A DNA stretch of 64,000 bases from Christensenellaceae bacterium (GTDB lineage Bacteria > Bacillota > Clostridia > Christensenellales > CAG-138), in contig JAFLSU010000001.1 of the NCBI GenBank assembly GCA_022510765.1, positions 70,551 to 134,550 of the forward strand, given 5' to 3'. Below are positions 18,569-26,547 of the stretch, one piece after another. Each line of letters starts with the position of its first letter. Position 1 is the stretch's first letter. The position numbers and the translations under genes were made by a program. The notes below the pieces were generated by a model, which searched no databases, was not told where the DNA came from, and was given only the letters and a program-made list of their open reading frames with translations.

Positions 18569-18609
18569 AAACAGCACCGTAATTTTGATACCAAGATTGC
18601 GGTGCTTAT
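18565..18609. repeat. Direct repeat copy 1: tRNA-Ser 3' end plus its terminator
   Basis: GCCAAAACAGCACCGTAATTTTGATACCAAGATTGCGGTGCTTAT recurs at 19397-19440 with about 5 substitutions and 1 indel. Confidence 0.8.
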
Positions 18610-18613
18610 TTTT
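18573..18613 (+). terminator. Intrinsic terminator after tRNA-Ser
   Basis: The stem AGCACCGTAAT pairs with ATTGCGGTGCT (one mismatch) and is followed by TATTTTT. Confidence 0.65.
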
Positions 18614-18639
18614 AACCCCAATTTACGGGAGGCACAGAT

Positions 18640-19314
18640 ATGGGAAGTAAATATTACGAAGCCTATGATAATCGTTTCAGGCAGATCCATGAACAGAATT
18701 TACAATGGTTCAGTGAATCTCCGTCCCCCATCGTAGCGGAAACCATCCGCACCTTTTCCATTTCCCCTCAGAGCAAACTATTAGAGATTGGCTGCGGCGA
18801 GGGGCGCGACGCATATTCGCTCCTCCGGCAGGGATTTGATCTTTTAGCAACCGATGTGTCTGCGGAAGCAATCGCATTTTGCAGGCGGAAGTTCCCCGAT
18901 TTTGCAGCGCATTTTCAAGTCACGGACTGCATCGCCGGAACGCTCGGCAGGACATTTGATTTCCTCTATGCGGTGGCTGTTCTCCATATGCTCGTTTTGG
19001 ACGACGACCGAAATGCATTTTATCGCTTCATCCGTGTGCATTTGGCTCCCACTGGGATCGCCTTGATCTGCACGATGGGCGACGGTACCTTTGAAAGGCA
19101 GACCGACATACACACCGCGTTTGACCTGCACGAGCGAATCCATGAACCGTCCGGAAAAGCCGTGCAAATTGCTGAGACCTCCTGCCGGATCGTCAATTTC
19201 CAGACCTTTGAAGAAGAGCTGATGCGAAACGGTCTAAACATTGTCAAAGAAGGCGTGACCGCTGTCGAGCCGGACTTTCCGCAAATGATGTTCGCTGTAG
19301 TTAAGAGGCATTGA
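18640..19314 (+). CDS. Class I SAM-dependent methyltransferase
   Basis: 224 aa with motif I LLEIGCGEGRD and a post-I acidic residue (LLATDVS). The gene is bracketed by the duplicated tRNA 3' flank. Confidence 0.85.
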   Translation: MGSKYYEAYDNRFRQIHEQNLQWFSESPSPIVAETIRTFSISPQSKLLEIGCGEGRDAYSLLRQGFDLLATDVSAEAIAFCRRKFPDFAAHFQVTDCIAGTLGRTFDFLYAVAVLHMLVLDDDRNAFYRFIRVHLAPTGIALICTMGDGTFERQTDIHTAFDLHERIHEPSGKAVQIAETSCRIVNFQTFEEELMRNGLNIVKEGVTAVEPDFPQMMFAVVKRH

Positions 19315-19396
19315 AACTACCAATTGACCCCCGTTTTTATGAAAGTCAACCCCCTAACGAAAACTGGGAGCCTTTGTATCAAAATTAAAGTCCTTA

Positions 19397-19440
19397 GCCA
19401 AAACGGCACCGTAATTTTGATACAAAGTTACGGTGCTTAT
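19397..19440. repeat. Direct repeat copy 2 (degenerate tRNA-Ser 3' end plus terminator hairpin)
   Basis: The sequence is GCCAAAACGGCACCGTAATTTTGATACAAAGTTACGGTGCTTAT. The hairpin GCACCGTAA/TTACGGTGC is preserved by compensatory changes. Confidence 0.8.
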
Positions 19441-19503
19441 CATTTATAAAGAAAACAATATATCAGAGAGTGCGTCTCGGTGAAAGGAGTTCGCATCACC
19501 ATA

Positions 19504-19764
19504 ATGTTTAGAAACAAGGATATTATTTCCGCACACAAATTCTGTGCAAATAATATGGCTTCACTTCGGAAAGATAAGGTATGTGGTTGCTTTTACTGCA
19601 TGAAGATTTTTTCATCGGATAAAATTGAAAGCTATATCGAGGAAAATTGGGACACTGCAATATGCCCGTACTGCGGCATCGATTCTGTTATCGGTGAAAG
19701 CTCGGGGTACCCTATAACCAATGATTTTTTGCAGCAAATGAAAACATATTGGTTTGAAAGCTAA
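19504..19764 (+). CDS. Small Cys-rich (zinc-ribbon-like) hypothetical protein
   Basis: 86 aa from the ATG (MFRNKD). It contains VCGCFYC ...TAICPYCGIDSVIG, that is two CxxC-like knuckles. The start is uncertain (GTG at 19480 or ATG at 19504). Confidence 0.55.
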   Translation: MFRNKDIISAHKFCANNMASLRKDKVCGCFYCMKIFSSDKIESYIEENWDTAICPYCGIDSVIGESSGYPITNDFLQQMKTYWFES

Positions 19765-19950
19765 GCGATTTTAATTTGTAGGCACAATTTAGAAGCGAGG
19801 CGATTTGATGTTCGGAAAAGGATTTTGGAAAAAGTACTCGGCCTTTGAAACTCTATGACCTCAGATTGCTTTAACCAAAACAATGACAGATAATATTGCT
19901 CATTTGAAAACAAATAATGTTGAATACCATATTGTAGCAGGAGGTTATTT

Positions 19951-20043
19951 ATGTTTTCGGGCAGTGGACATGATAATACTCATCCGATTGTGCTTATAAA
20001 AGTCAAAGCTGCCAGATCGATATCGACCTGGCAGCTTCAATAG
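19951..20043 (+). CDS. Possible 30-aa micro-ORF
   Basis: AGGAGG lies 6 nt before the ATG. The product would be MFSGSGHDNTHPIVLIKVKAARSISTWQLQ. The 3' part overlaps a 10-bp-stem hairpin. There is no other support. Confidence 0.25.
   Translation: MFSGSGHDNTHPIVLIKVKAARSISTWQLQ
19994..20037 (-). terminator. Candidate terminator downstream of the AP2 gene pair
   Basis: The perfect 10-bp stem AAGCTGCCAG (20006-20015) pairs with CTGGCAGCTT (20028-20037). On the minus strand it is followed by TGACTTTTATA. Confidence 0.5.
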
Positions 20044-20156
20044 CTAAAAGTTCTGAAGATGGTATCCCTGTCTCAGGCCCTTTGCATATCTCAAACTTTC
20101 AGTCACTTTATGTATGTTGAAAGCATGTTTACATATGGCATATATATCCTTCGTTT

Positions 20157-20915
20157 CTACACAGAAATCGCTTCATTCATATTCGTTATGACATTAAACT
20201 CTCCATTGACCTTCTCCACCTCATAGAGCAGAGGATTTTTCTCAGCCCATTCTGGGTCGGTTTCGGCCCGTTTCTGCCATTTGCGGTAAGCCGCAGTAAA
20301 GCCGAGATGCAGAACCGCCTCAGCATCCAGTCGGGCTTGCACAGCCTCGTCAAATGTTTTGTACGTGCCAAGATAATAATGCTTTCTCTTAAATCCAATC
20401 TGCGCGGCATAAGTATCATGTTTTGTTTTCACAACACCACGAAATCCGCTGACATTATTTTTACGGTTTTTCGGCACAGCTAATTGTTCCAGGCATGTGC
20501 CGCTAACGTAATGTAAGCGGGAGCGCATTTCCGGCAGAGTTTCTTTCATTTTTAAGCATCCGCAGCTCTCTGTGGAACCATTTTTCAAATTACCGGCGTC
20601 TACCGAATGTAAGTTTCCGCAGTCACATTGGCACAGCCACTGAACATAGCCATTTTTATCTTTCGCTCTTCTCAGGACTGTAAGTTTGCCGAACCGCTGA
20701 CCGGTCAAATCTTCAATGCGCCGATATTTCTTTCGTTTCTCAGAGTCGCAGCCACAATCCATAATTGCACCGGAAGTCAACTGCCTGGTCGTCGCAAGAA
20801 TCTCACCGGCACAGTCGCATCGGCAGAGCCAGAGTTGCCTGCGGTTTTTATCTTTCTTTGCTTCTGCAACCGTCAATTTACCAAATCGTTGTCCGATCAG
20901 ATTTCCGTCACTCAT
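20157..20915 (-). CDS. DNA-binding protein with 2 Cys-rich (Zn-ribbon-like) repeats and a C-terminal AP2 domain
   Basis: 252 aa from the ATG, 8 nt after AGGAGGG. It has two repeats of G-Q-R-F-G-K-L-T-V..W-x-C-x-C-D-C..L..G...C-G-C. The C-terminus, SGFRGVVKTKHDTYAAQIGFKRKHYYLGTYKTFDEAVQARLDAE, matches the AP2/ERF-type pattern (G.rGV......w.A.I......yLG.f.t.eeAa.A). Confidence 0.8.
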   Translation of the reverse strand: MSDGNLIGQRFGKLTVAEAKKDKNRRQLWLCRCDCAGEILATTRQLTSGAIMDCGCDSEKRKKYRRIEDLTGQRFGKLTVLRRAKDKNGYVQWLCQCDCGNLHSVDAGNLKNGSTESCGCLKMKETLPEMRSRLHYVSGTCLEQLAVPKNRKNNVSGFRGVVKTKHDTYAAQIGFKRKHYYLGTYKTFDEAVQARLDAEAVLHLGFTAAYRKWQKRAETDPEWAEKNPLLYEVEKVNGEFNVITNMNEAISV

Positions 20916-20978
20916 CTGCTCAACCCTCCTGATAGTTGCAACAAATCTTCGCACTAAACCTGTGTTCTCAATATCTAT

Positions 20979-22163
20979 CTACTCTTTCTTATTGCCCTCG
21001 GCAACGTCGCCTACATTCGAGTATCCGTTGTAATACCAGTCAAGAAACCGCTCGTACATTTCTTCTCCGCGCTTCCTTGCTTTTACAGCGTCCTGAATGT
21101 CGGAGTATGAACCCAGATAGTAAGTCTTTCCTTTGAAGGTAATCTGAGCCGTCCACATTCCGTTGCCGTTCAGATAGACTCCGTTATGCCCGCTGGTATT
21201 GGATTTGATGGTTGATTCCATCCGCCTTTCAATCAAGCGGACGGATGTTCCGCCTACAAACTGCATATTTTTTTGATAGACTTCCCGCTGTAGACAGCCG
21301 CAGCTCTTTGTATGTCCATAGAGCAGATTTCCGTGTCGAACAGTTGTCTGGTTGCCGCACTCACACTGACATCGCCAATAGCCAATATCATCTTTCCATT
21401 CCGCAAACCCAATAACAGTAAGCCGGCCAAAGATTCTGCCGGTCAAATCAACGAGTTCACGGGGTTTGGAGCGCAAATCACTTTGTGAGACATCTGAGTT
21501 CGTTCCATCGGGTTTGTAATCTTGAATCCCAGCGGAGCTGATAAGCGCTAGACGTCTCTTCTGTTCGCCTGACAACTGCTTTCTGGCGAGATAACGCTTA
21601 CAACCGCAGTTTGTGATCTGACCGGACTGAAGACGAGTTTGCCCCACATCGATTTCCACACCGCACTCACATTTGCAATGCCAGTAGTGCAGACCAGACC
21701 TTTTTCCGGCATACTCCATTACCACAAGGGAGCCAAACTGCTTTCCCACATAATCCTTCAATGGGGGATGACTCAAACAGCCGCAGCTTTTTTTATAGCC
21801 TTGGGTGAGCTGCGTACTGATCGCCAAGCACTCATTTCCACAATCACACCGACATCGCCAGACGGTACCGCCACTTGAACCACGCTCGTTGGTTGGCTCA
21901 AGACAGATCAGTTTTCCGAACCGCTGTCCAGTCAGATCTTTCTGCCCGGACTTGACCTTGATGCCGCTACAGCCGCAGTCCCTGACCGTGGCGCGTTGCA
22001 GTTGTCGTGTATCCAGCAATATCTCGCCGCCGCAGTCACAGCAACATTTCCAGACAGAATAACGATGCCGATATAGCGGAGTCCGTTCCTGCACAGTTAG
22101 TTTCCCAATGCGGTATCCGATCTCGATTTTGGGTCGTTGTATAGTCAGATCTGTTTTATTCAT
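20979..22163 (-). CDS. DNA-binding protein with 4 Cys-rich (Zn-ribbon-like) repeats and a C-terminal AP2 domain
   Basis: 394 aa from the ATG (MNKTDL), preceded by AGAGGG. It has four copies of the same roughly 50-aa repeat (for example LTGQRFGKLICLEP..VWRCRCDCGNE..LTQGYKKSCGC). The AP2 segment is SGHNGVYLNGNGMWTAQITFKGKTYYLGSYSDIQDAVKARKRGEE. It is a paralog of the downstream gene, including the RBS region. Confidence 0.8.
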   Translation of the reverse strand: MNKTDLTIQRPKIEIGYRIGKLTVQERTPLYRHRYSVWKCCCDCGGEILLDTRQLQRATVRDCGCSGIKVKSGQKDLTGQRFGKLICLEPTNERGSSGGTVWRCRCDCGNECLAISTQLTQGYKKSCGCLSHPPLKDYVGKQFGSLVVMEYAGKRSGLHYWHCKCECGVEIDVGQTRLQSGQITNCGCKRYLARKQLSGEQKRRLALISSAGIQDYKPDGTNSDVSQSDLRSKPRELVDLTGRIFGRLTVIGFAEWKDDIGYWRCQCECGNQTTVRHGNLLYGHTKSCGCLQREVYQKNMQFVGGTSVRLIERRMESTIKSNTSGHNGVYLNGNGMWTAQITFKGKTYYLGSYSDIQDAVKARKRGEEMYERFLDWYYNGYSNVGDVAEGNKKE

Positions 22164-22494
22164 TGGTCTCAACCCTCTTTGCTACAACCACAACCCCTCC
22201 ATTCGACGTACCCATCGAACTGATAAAGTTTTTTGCTTTCATCGTGATCGCCCCAAAAGGCAGTGGCTAATGGATATGAGCCTTCCGTCGCCTATGTTCT
22301 CCTCTATTCATACATATATTTCTCACACTATTTCTTCCCAGTGCACCGTACTGTAACACGGGCTTCGCATACTATCGTACAGGTGAACAATTTTAACGCC
22401 CATTCGCCGCTCTGCATTTCTTCTACCACAGTTTTTGAAAGCATCTCTACCTTGGCAAAAGATCAATGCAATCATGGCGGCATTTGCTTTGCAC

Positions 22495-25400
22495 TCAGCT
22501 ATTGGAAATGCGTTTTTTGCGGGAAATACTTCCGAGATTAAGCACGGCACCGGTTAACAGAAGCCCGCCCAAAAGATAGAATGGCAACGTGCCGATTCCA
22601 CCGGCAGCAGGGAGATCATATAAACTGGGTTTATCGCTCAATACCATGCTTTCCAAATTGTTTACATTTAACCATTTAATGTCAGGATATTGTTGCTCAA
22701 ATTCTTCAATCTCCTCATCACTAAAATAGAAATAATACTTGTTAGGATCAAGATAATAACCAGCCGGCGCAGTTAACTCTTGCAGATAATAAACCACATT
22801 CGGGGCCAAAATTATACCTTGATTAAAATTCGTACGGAACTCAAATATTCCCTCATCATTCGTCGTTCCTGTTGTAATTTCGTGACCGTCAGCACTATAT
22901 AAACCATACCTCGCACCAGGAAGCCTGGTCCACTCACTCGATCCGAGTCCCACACCTCTTTCATCAATTTTTTCGATTGTAAGATGTATTCTGTACCATA
23001 CAGAACCACTATCAATGTCCATCTCACCGTTAGTTTCAGATGAAACACCAAAATTAGAAAAGCGTAAGATTGCTATATTACCGTAATAAATTCGCCCAGT
23101 TTCTTCTTCATCGAATTCAATCATTACATCATATTTAATGGTATACTCATGAGCACCCGGTTGCTGCAAATAAATAGTTAGTACCCTTGTATCGTTATCC
23201 CATTCGTAGGTATAATCTTTTTCATAGGCCAGTCGCGTATTATCCTCATCAATAACCAACGACCCCAGAACAAAAAACATATTTTTCATTTCATCCACGA
23301 TTTTAAGCTTTGCTTCCTCGCCTTCGCCTACATACTCGCCCAAATTAACTTTGCCACCCTCATTAATAACGATGGTATAACTACCAAAGCAGCTTTCGTT
23401 ACCAGAAGGCGAGCTCGTCTCAGTCTTTTTAATTAGTTTAGGAATAGGTAGTTTTATCTCAGATCTAGCTGCCGTAGCAGTACCATTACGTAAACGTGCC
23501 TCATTAATATATTCATCTTCTGTACTATCCAAAATTTTAACTTCATCGTATGTACCCAGTCCATATGTATCTGTTGCATACGTTATTATCAAATCAGCAT
23601 CTTCCATTAAACTCCAATGTGTACACCAATCCTCTCCACCTTCGAGATTAAACTGATCCTTTAAACTATATCTACAATTCTCTTCTTTACGGTTTACTAA
23701 ATAAAGCCAACCTACCGAATTGCAATAATAAGCAATCGTATCATCTTCATTAGCATCACTTACCTCCGGTAACACAAAACTTTCCCCATCATATCGAATT
23801 GCAACACTAGCACCATTCAAACGCCAAGTATAAGTCGATTCATCACCCAATTTCTCTTGGTCAACTATATTCCACTGACCATAATTTAGCCCATTATACT
23901 TAGGAATCGACGCTGTAATCATAAAATGATACTTGCCATCGTTCAGGTCAAGCTTCCCTGTTTTCTTTATTTCTGGCTTCGTCAAGCTTTCTCCACCTTC
24001 AGATGGAATCTCAAAGTCAAAATTTAACCAAAATTCTACACCCATAGCATCACTTGAATTTTCTTCAAACGTAATAGCAAGCAGACCATCTTTCTCAACT
24101 ACATAAGTGCCAATAACATCATTGCCAAGCTTAACCTCGCCAGCAACCTTTCCTTTAATTTCAAAAACTTCTTTCGGAAGCTGGCAGGTATAGACGCCCG
24201 ATTGAAATCCGTTATGATCAGTCGAATAAATATACATTGAGAACTTGTACTTCCCGCCAGGATACATGTTATAATGCCCCTCGTCATCTGGGTATATTTC
24301 TACATTGTTTTGTTCGTCTATTTTCCAGATGATTTTGTAGTTAAACTTTCCTCCTATGGAACGAATATATTCTTCCAAATTTCTTCCCTCAACAACATCT
24401 GCCAACACAAACGGTGAAAAGTGGTCTGCTGTAAAAGTTACTTTCGTTACAACTCCATTCTCACCAGTCGCGATTTCTGCTTCCAGATTTTCTGGTGTCT
24501 CTTCATCCTGCAAGTGGAACAACTTCCAGTCACCCGTATTAATAAATTTTTCAACCGGTGTTTGGAACTCCAAGGACACTGTTACATTACCATTTAACTG
24601 CACCTCATCTCCATCTACATTCACGAAGGAAATATCATAAGGATAGATTGCCGCTAACGCGAGCATCATTCCTGGCTGCTCCGGTTGTTGCAAGGCATTT
24701 TGTAAGGCCTGTTTTATCTTATCCAGCTGTTCTTGATGTTCTTGACCCTCGATCTGACTCACTCGCAACGACGCACCCTCGGGCACCGCATTACCATTGT
24801 CATATACAGATACTGTCACATTACCAATATTAACGGTTAAGTCAGTGTCCTCATTAGTAATTGCGGGTACTTCTGAATTCTCATCGGAAGGTTTCGGCTG
24901 CTCCTCAGTAGGTTCATCCAACTCTACCTCACGGAAACAGCCGTCTCCGTGGACATGCTCATAAAGCACTGTTTTCTCGCAGATCAACTGACCATCCAAA
25001 TCGTAACAATTCTCCGGACTATGGGTATGCATCTCCAGCTCACCACAAATCAACATCCCTGTTTCATCGTAGCAGCTTTCCTGATGCTCGTGGGGTGCAA
25101 TTTCAGGCAGTTGGCAGAGCAGACTTCCTTCCTCGTCCCAACAACCTTCGGTATGTACGTGAACCACATAATCTGCTTCTCCGCAGATTAGCTGTTCCTC
25201 TTCGTCGTAACATTCAGTTCCATGCTCATGAACAATGAGAGGGCAGTCCAGCAGCAGATTGCTGCCTACCTCTGCATCGCCGCTTGAATCGATAAGGTTG
25301 TCATCATCATTCGGATCTTCCTCCGCCGCTATCTCCCGGAAACAGCCGTCCCCATGGATATGCTCATAAAGCACTGTTTTTTCACAGATCAACTGACCGT

Positions 25401-26157
25401 CCAGATCGTAGCAATTCTCCGGACTATGGGTATGCATCTCCAGCTTATCGCAAATCAATATCCCCATTTCATCGTAACAGCTCTCTTGATGCTCATGGGG
25501 TGCGATTTCAGGCAGTTGGCAGAGCAGGTTTCCGGTCTCATCCAAACAACCTTCGGTATGTATGTGAACCACATAATCTGCTTCTCCGCAGATCAGATTC
25601 TTCTCTTCGTCGTAACATTCCGGCCCATGCTCATGAACGCTGAGAGGACAGTCCAGCAACAGATTACTGCCTGCCTCTTCCTCTGCCTCATGGAAACATT
25701 CGTCTCCGTGGACGTGCTCAAAAAGTGCTATTTTTCCGCAGGTCAACTGACCGTCCGCGTCGTAACAATTCTCCGAACTATGCGTATGCAGCTCCAGCTC
25801 ACCACAAATCAACATCCCCGTTTCATCGTAACAGCTTTCCTGATGCTCATGGGGCGCGATTTCAGGCAGTTGGCAGACCAGGTTCCCCGCCTCGTCCCAA
25901 CAACCTTCGGCATGCGCGTGAATCACATAATCCGCTTCCCCACATATAAGCTGCTCCTCTTCGTCGTAGCATTCCGGCCCATGCTCATGAACGATGAGAG
26001 GGCAGTCCAGCAACAGGCTATTGCTTGCCGCCGAGAACCTTGGCAAAGTTATTATATAGACCAATGCCAGCATCATCGCCACCACGCGTATCCAAACGGA
26101 GCGCCCCTTGCGCTTTTTGGAGGACGCATTTTGCGCCTGATTTTCAAATTTCATCAT
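22495..26157 (-). CDS. Sortase-anchored cell-surface protein (adhesin-like) with an N-terminal Cys/His-rich tandem repeats and a C-terminal Cna-B/SpaA-type domain
   Basis: The start is at MMKFEN (GAAGGA RBS), giving 1,220 aa. A signal/TM segment (WIRVVAMMLALVYIITL) is followed by three repeats of about 120-135 aa. A Cna-B-like domain is present (LPGARYGLYSADGHEITTGTTNDEGIFEF...YYLQELTAPAGYYLD). The C-terminus has LPAAG, then the hydrophobic stretch GIGTLPFYLLGGLLLTGAVL, then a basic tail RKKR, which reads as an LPXTG-like sorting signal. Confidence 0.85.
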   Translation of the reverse strand: MMKFENQAQNASSKKRKGRSVWIRVVAMMLALVYIITLPRFSAASNSLLLDCPLIVHEHGPECYDEEEQLICGEADYVIHAHAEGCWDEAGNLVCQLPEIAPHEHQESCYDETGMLICGELELHTHSSENCYDADGQLTCGKIALFEHVHGDECFHEAEEEAGSNLLLDCPLSVHEHGPECYDEEKNLICGEADYVVHIHTEGCLDETGNLLCQLPEIAPHEHQESCYDEMGILICDKLEMHTHSPENCYDLDGQLICEKTVLYEHIHGDGCFREIAAEEDPNDDDNLIDSSGDAEVGSNLLLDCPLIVHEHGTECYDEEEQLICGEADYVVHVHTEGCWDEEGSLLCQLPEIAPHEHQESCYDETGMLICGELEMHTHSPENCYDLDGQLICEKTVLYEHVHGDGCFREVELDEPTEEQPKPSDENSEVPAITNEDTDLTVNIGNVTVSVYDNGNAVPEGASLRVSQIEGQEHQEQLDKIKQALQNALQQPEQPGMMLALAAIYPYDISFVNVDGDEVQLNGNVTVSLEFQTPVEKFINTGDWKLFHLQDEETPENLEAEIATGENGVVTKVTFTADHFSPFVLADVVEGRNLEEYIRSIGGKFNYKIIWKIDEQNNVEIYPDDEGHYNMYPGGKYKFSMYIYSTDHNGFQSGVYTCQLPKEVFEIKGKVAGEVKLGNDVIGTYVVEKDGLLAITFEENSSDAMGVEFWLNFDFEIPSEGGESLTKPEIKKTGKLDLNDGKYHFMITASIPKYNGLNYGQWNIVDQEKLGDESTYTWRLNGASVAIRYDGESFVLPEVSDANEDDTIAYYCNSVGWLYLVNRKEENCRYSLKDQFNLEGGEDWCTHWSLMEDADLIITYATDTYGLGTYDEVKILDSTEDEYINEARLRNGTATAARSEIKLPIPKLIKKTETSSPSGNESCFGSYTIVINEGGKVNLGEYVGEGEEAKLKIVDEMKNMFFVLGSLVIDEDNTRLAYEKDYTYEWDNDTRVLTIYLQQPGAHEYTIKYDVMIEFDEEETGRIYYGNIAILRFSNFGVSSETNGEMDIDSGSVWYRIHLTIEKIDERGVGLGSSEWTRLPGARYGLYSADGHEITTGTTNDEGIFEFRTNFNQGIILAPNVVYYLQELTAPAGYYLDPNKYYFYFSDEEIEEFEQQYPDIKWLNVNNLESMVLSDKPSLYDLPAAGGIGTLPFYLLGGLLLTGAVLNLGSISRKKRISNS
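24922..26025 (-). repeat. Three tandem coding repeats (about 357-405 nt units) in the adhesin gene
   Basis: Protein units begin near residues 69, 188 and 323 of the long ORF (SNLLLDCPL..). They are near-identical at the protein level. The mirror ORFs at 24949-25191 and 25354-26190 on the plus strand reflect the DNA repetition. Confidence 0.9.
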
Positions 26158-26304
26158 GACGGTGTTCCTTCTTTCTTTAAAACAATTTAACAAAGCCATA
26201 TCAACGTTCTTCATCCGTATATTTCTCAAAATATATGAGAAAATAATATCGGGTGAGGAAGCGGCGGCTTCGTCTGTCGTCTGCTTTGATGATTGAGGCA
26301 GAAT

Positions 26305-26326
26305 ATTTCGCAGAGTTCTTCACTCT
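26305..26326. repeat. Inverted repeat, left arm (ATTTCGCAGAGTTCTTCACTCT)
   Basis: It is the exact reverse complement of 27743-27764 (22 of 22). Confidence 0.95.
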
Positions 26327-26337
26327 GCACATTCAGC

Positions 26338-26366
26338 ATTATAGCATAAGTGCTTGGCTTTTGCAA
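26338..26366 (-). promoter_or_regulatory. Near-consensus outward-facing promoter inside the IR-bounded segment, directed at the adhesin gene
   Basis: On the minus strand, TTGCAA (26366-26361) is followed by the 17-nt spacer AAGCCAAGCACTTATGC and TATAAT (26343-26338). It lies 11 nt inside IR-L, and transcription would run through IR-L to the ATG at 26157. Confidence 0.55.
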
Positions 26367-26547
26367 GAGGGTTCACAAAAAAGCCACTTATATTTTTGGC
26401 TTTTCTTCATGATGAGATACGAATTATGAGATTTTTCCATTGAGAGACAGCGATTATCGGAGCAATCGCCGTCAAAGCCGCCGTCATACGAGAGTAAATT
26501 CGCACCGCTGAAATAATAGATAAAATCTTCAAAAGGAGGACATTATT

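Noticed and set aside
24949-26190. Plus-strand ORFs (80 aa and 278 aa) with internally repeated sequence, plus a regular roughly 400-bp periodicity that could suggest a CRISPR-like or satellite array.
   Set aside because: The periodicity is the coding tandem repeat of the adhesin gene on the minus strand. The units are far too long and contiguous for CRISPR, with no spacers. The plus-strand ORFs are mirror artefacts of the repeat.
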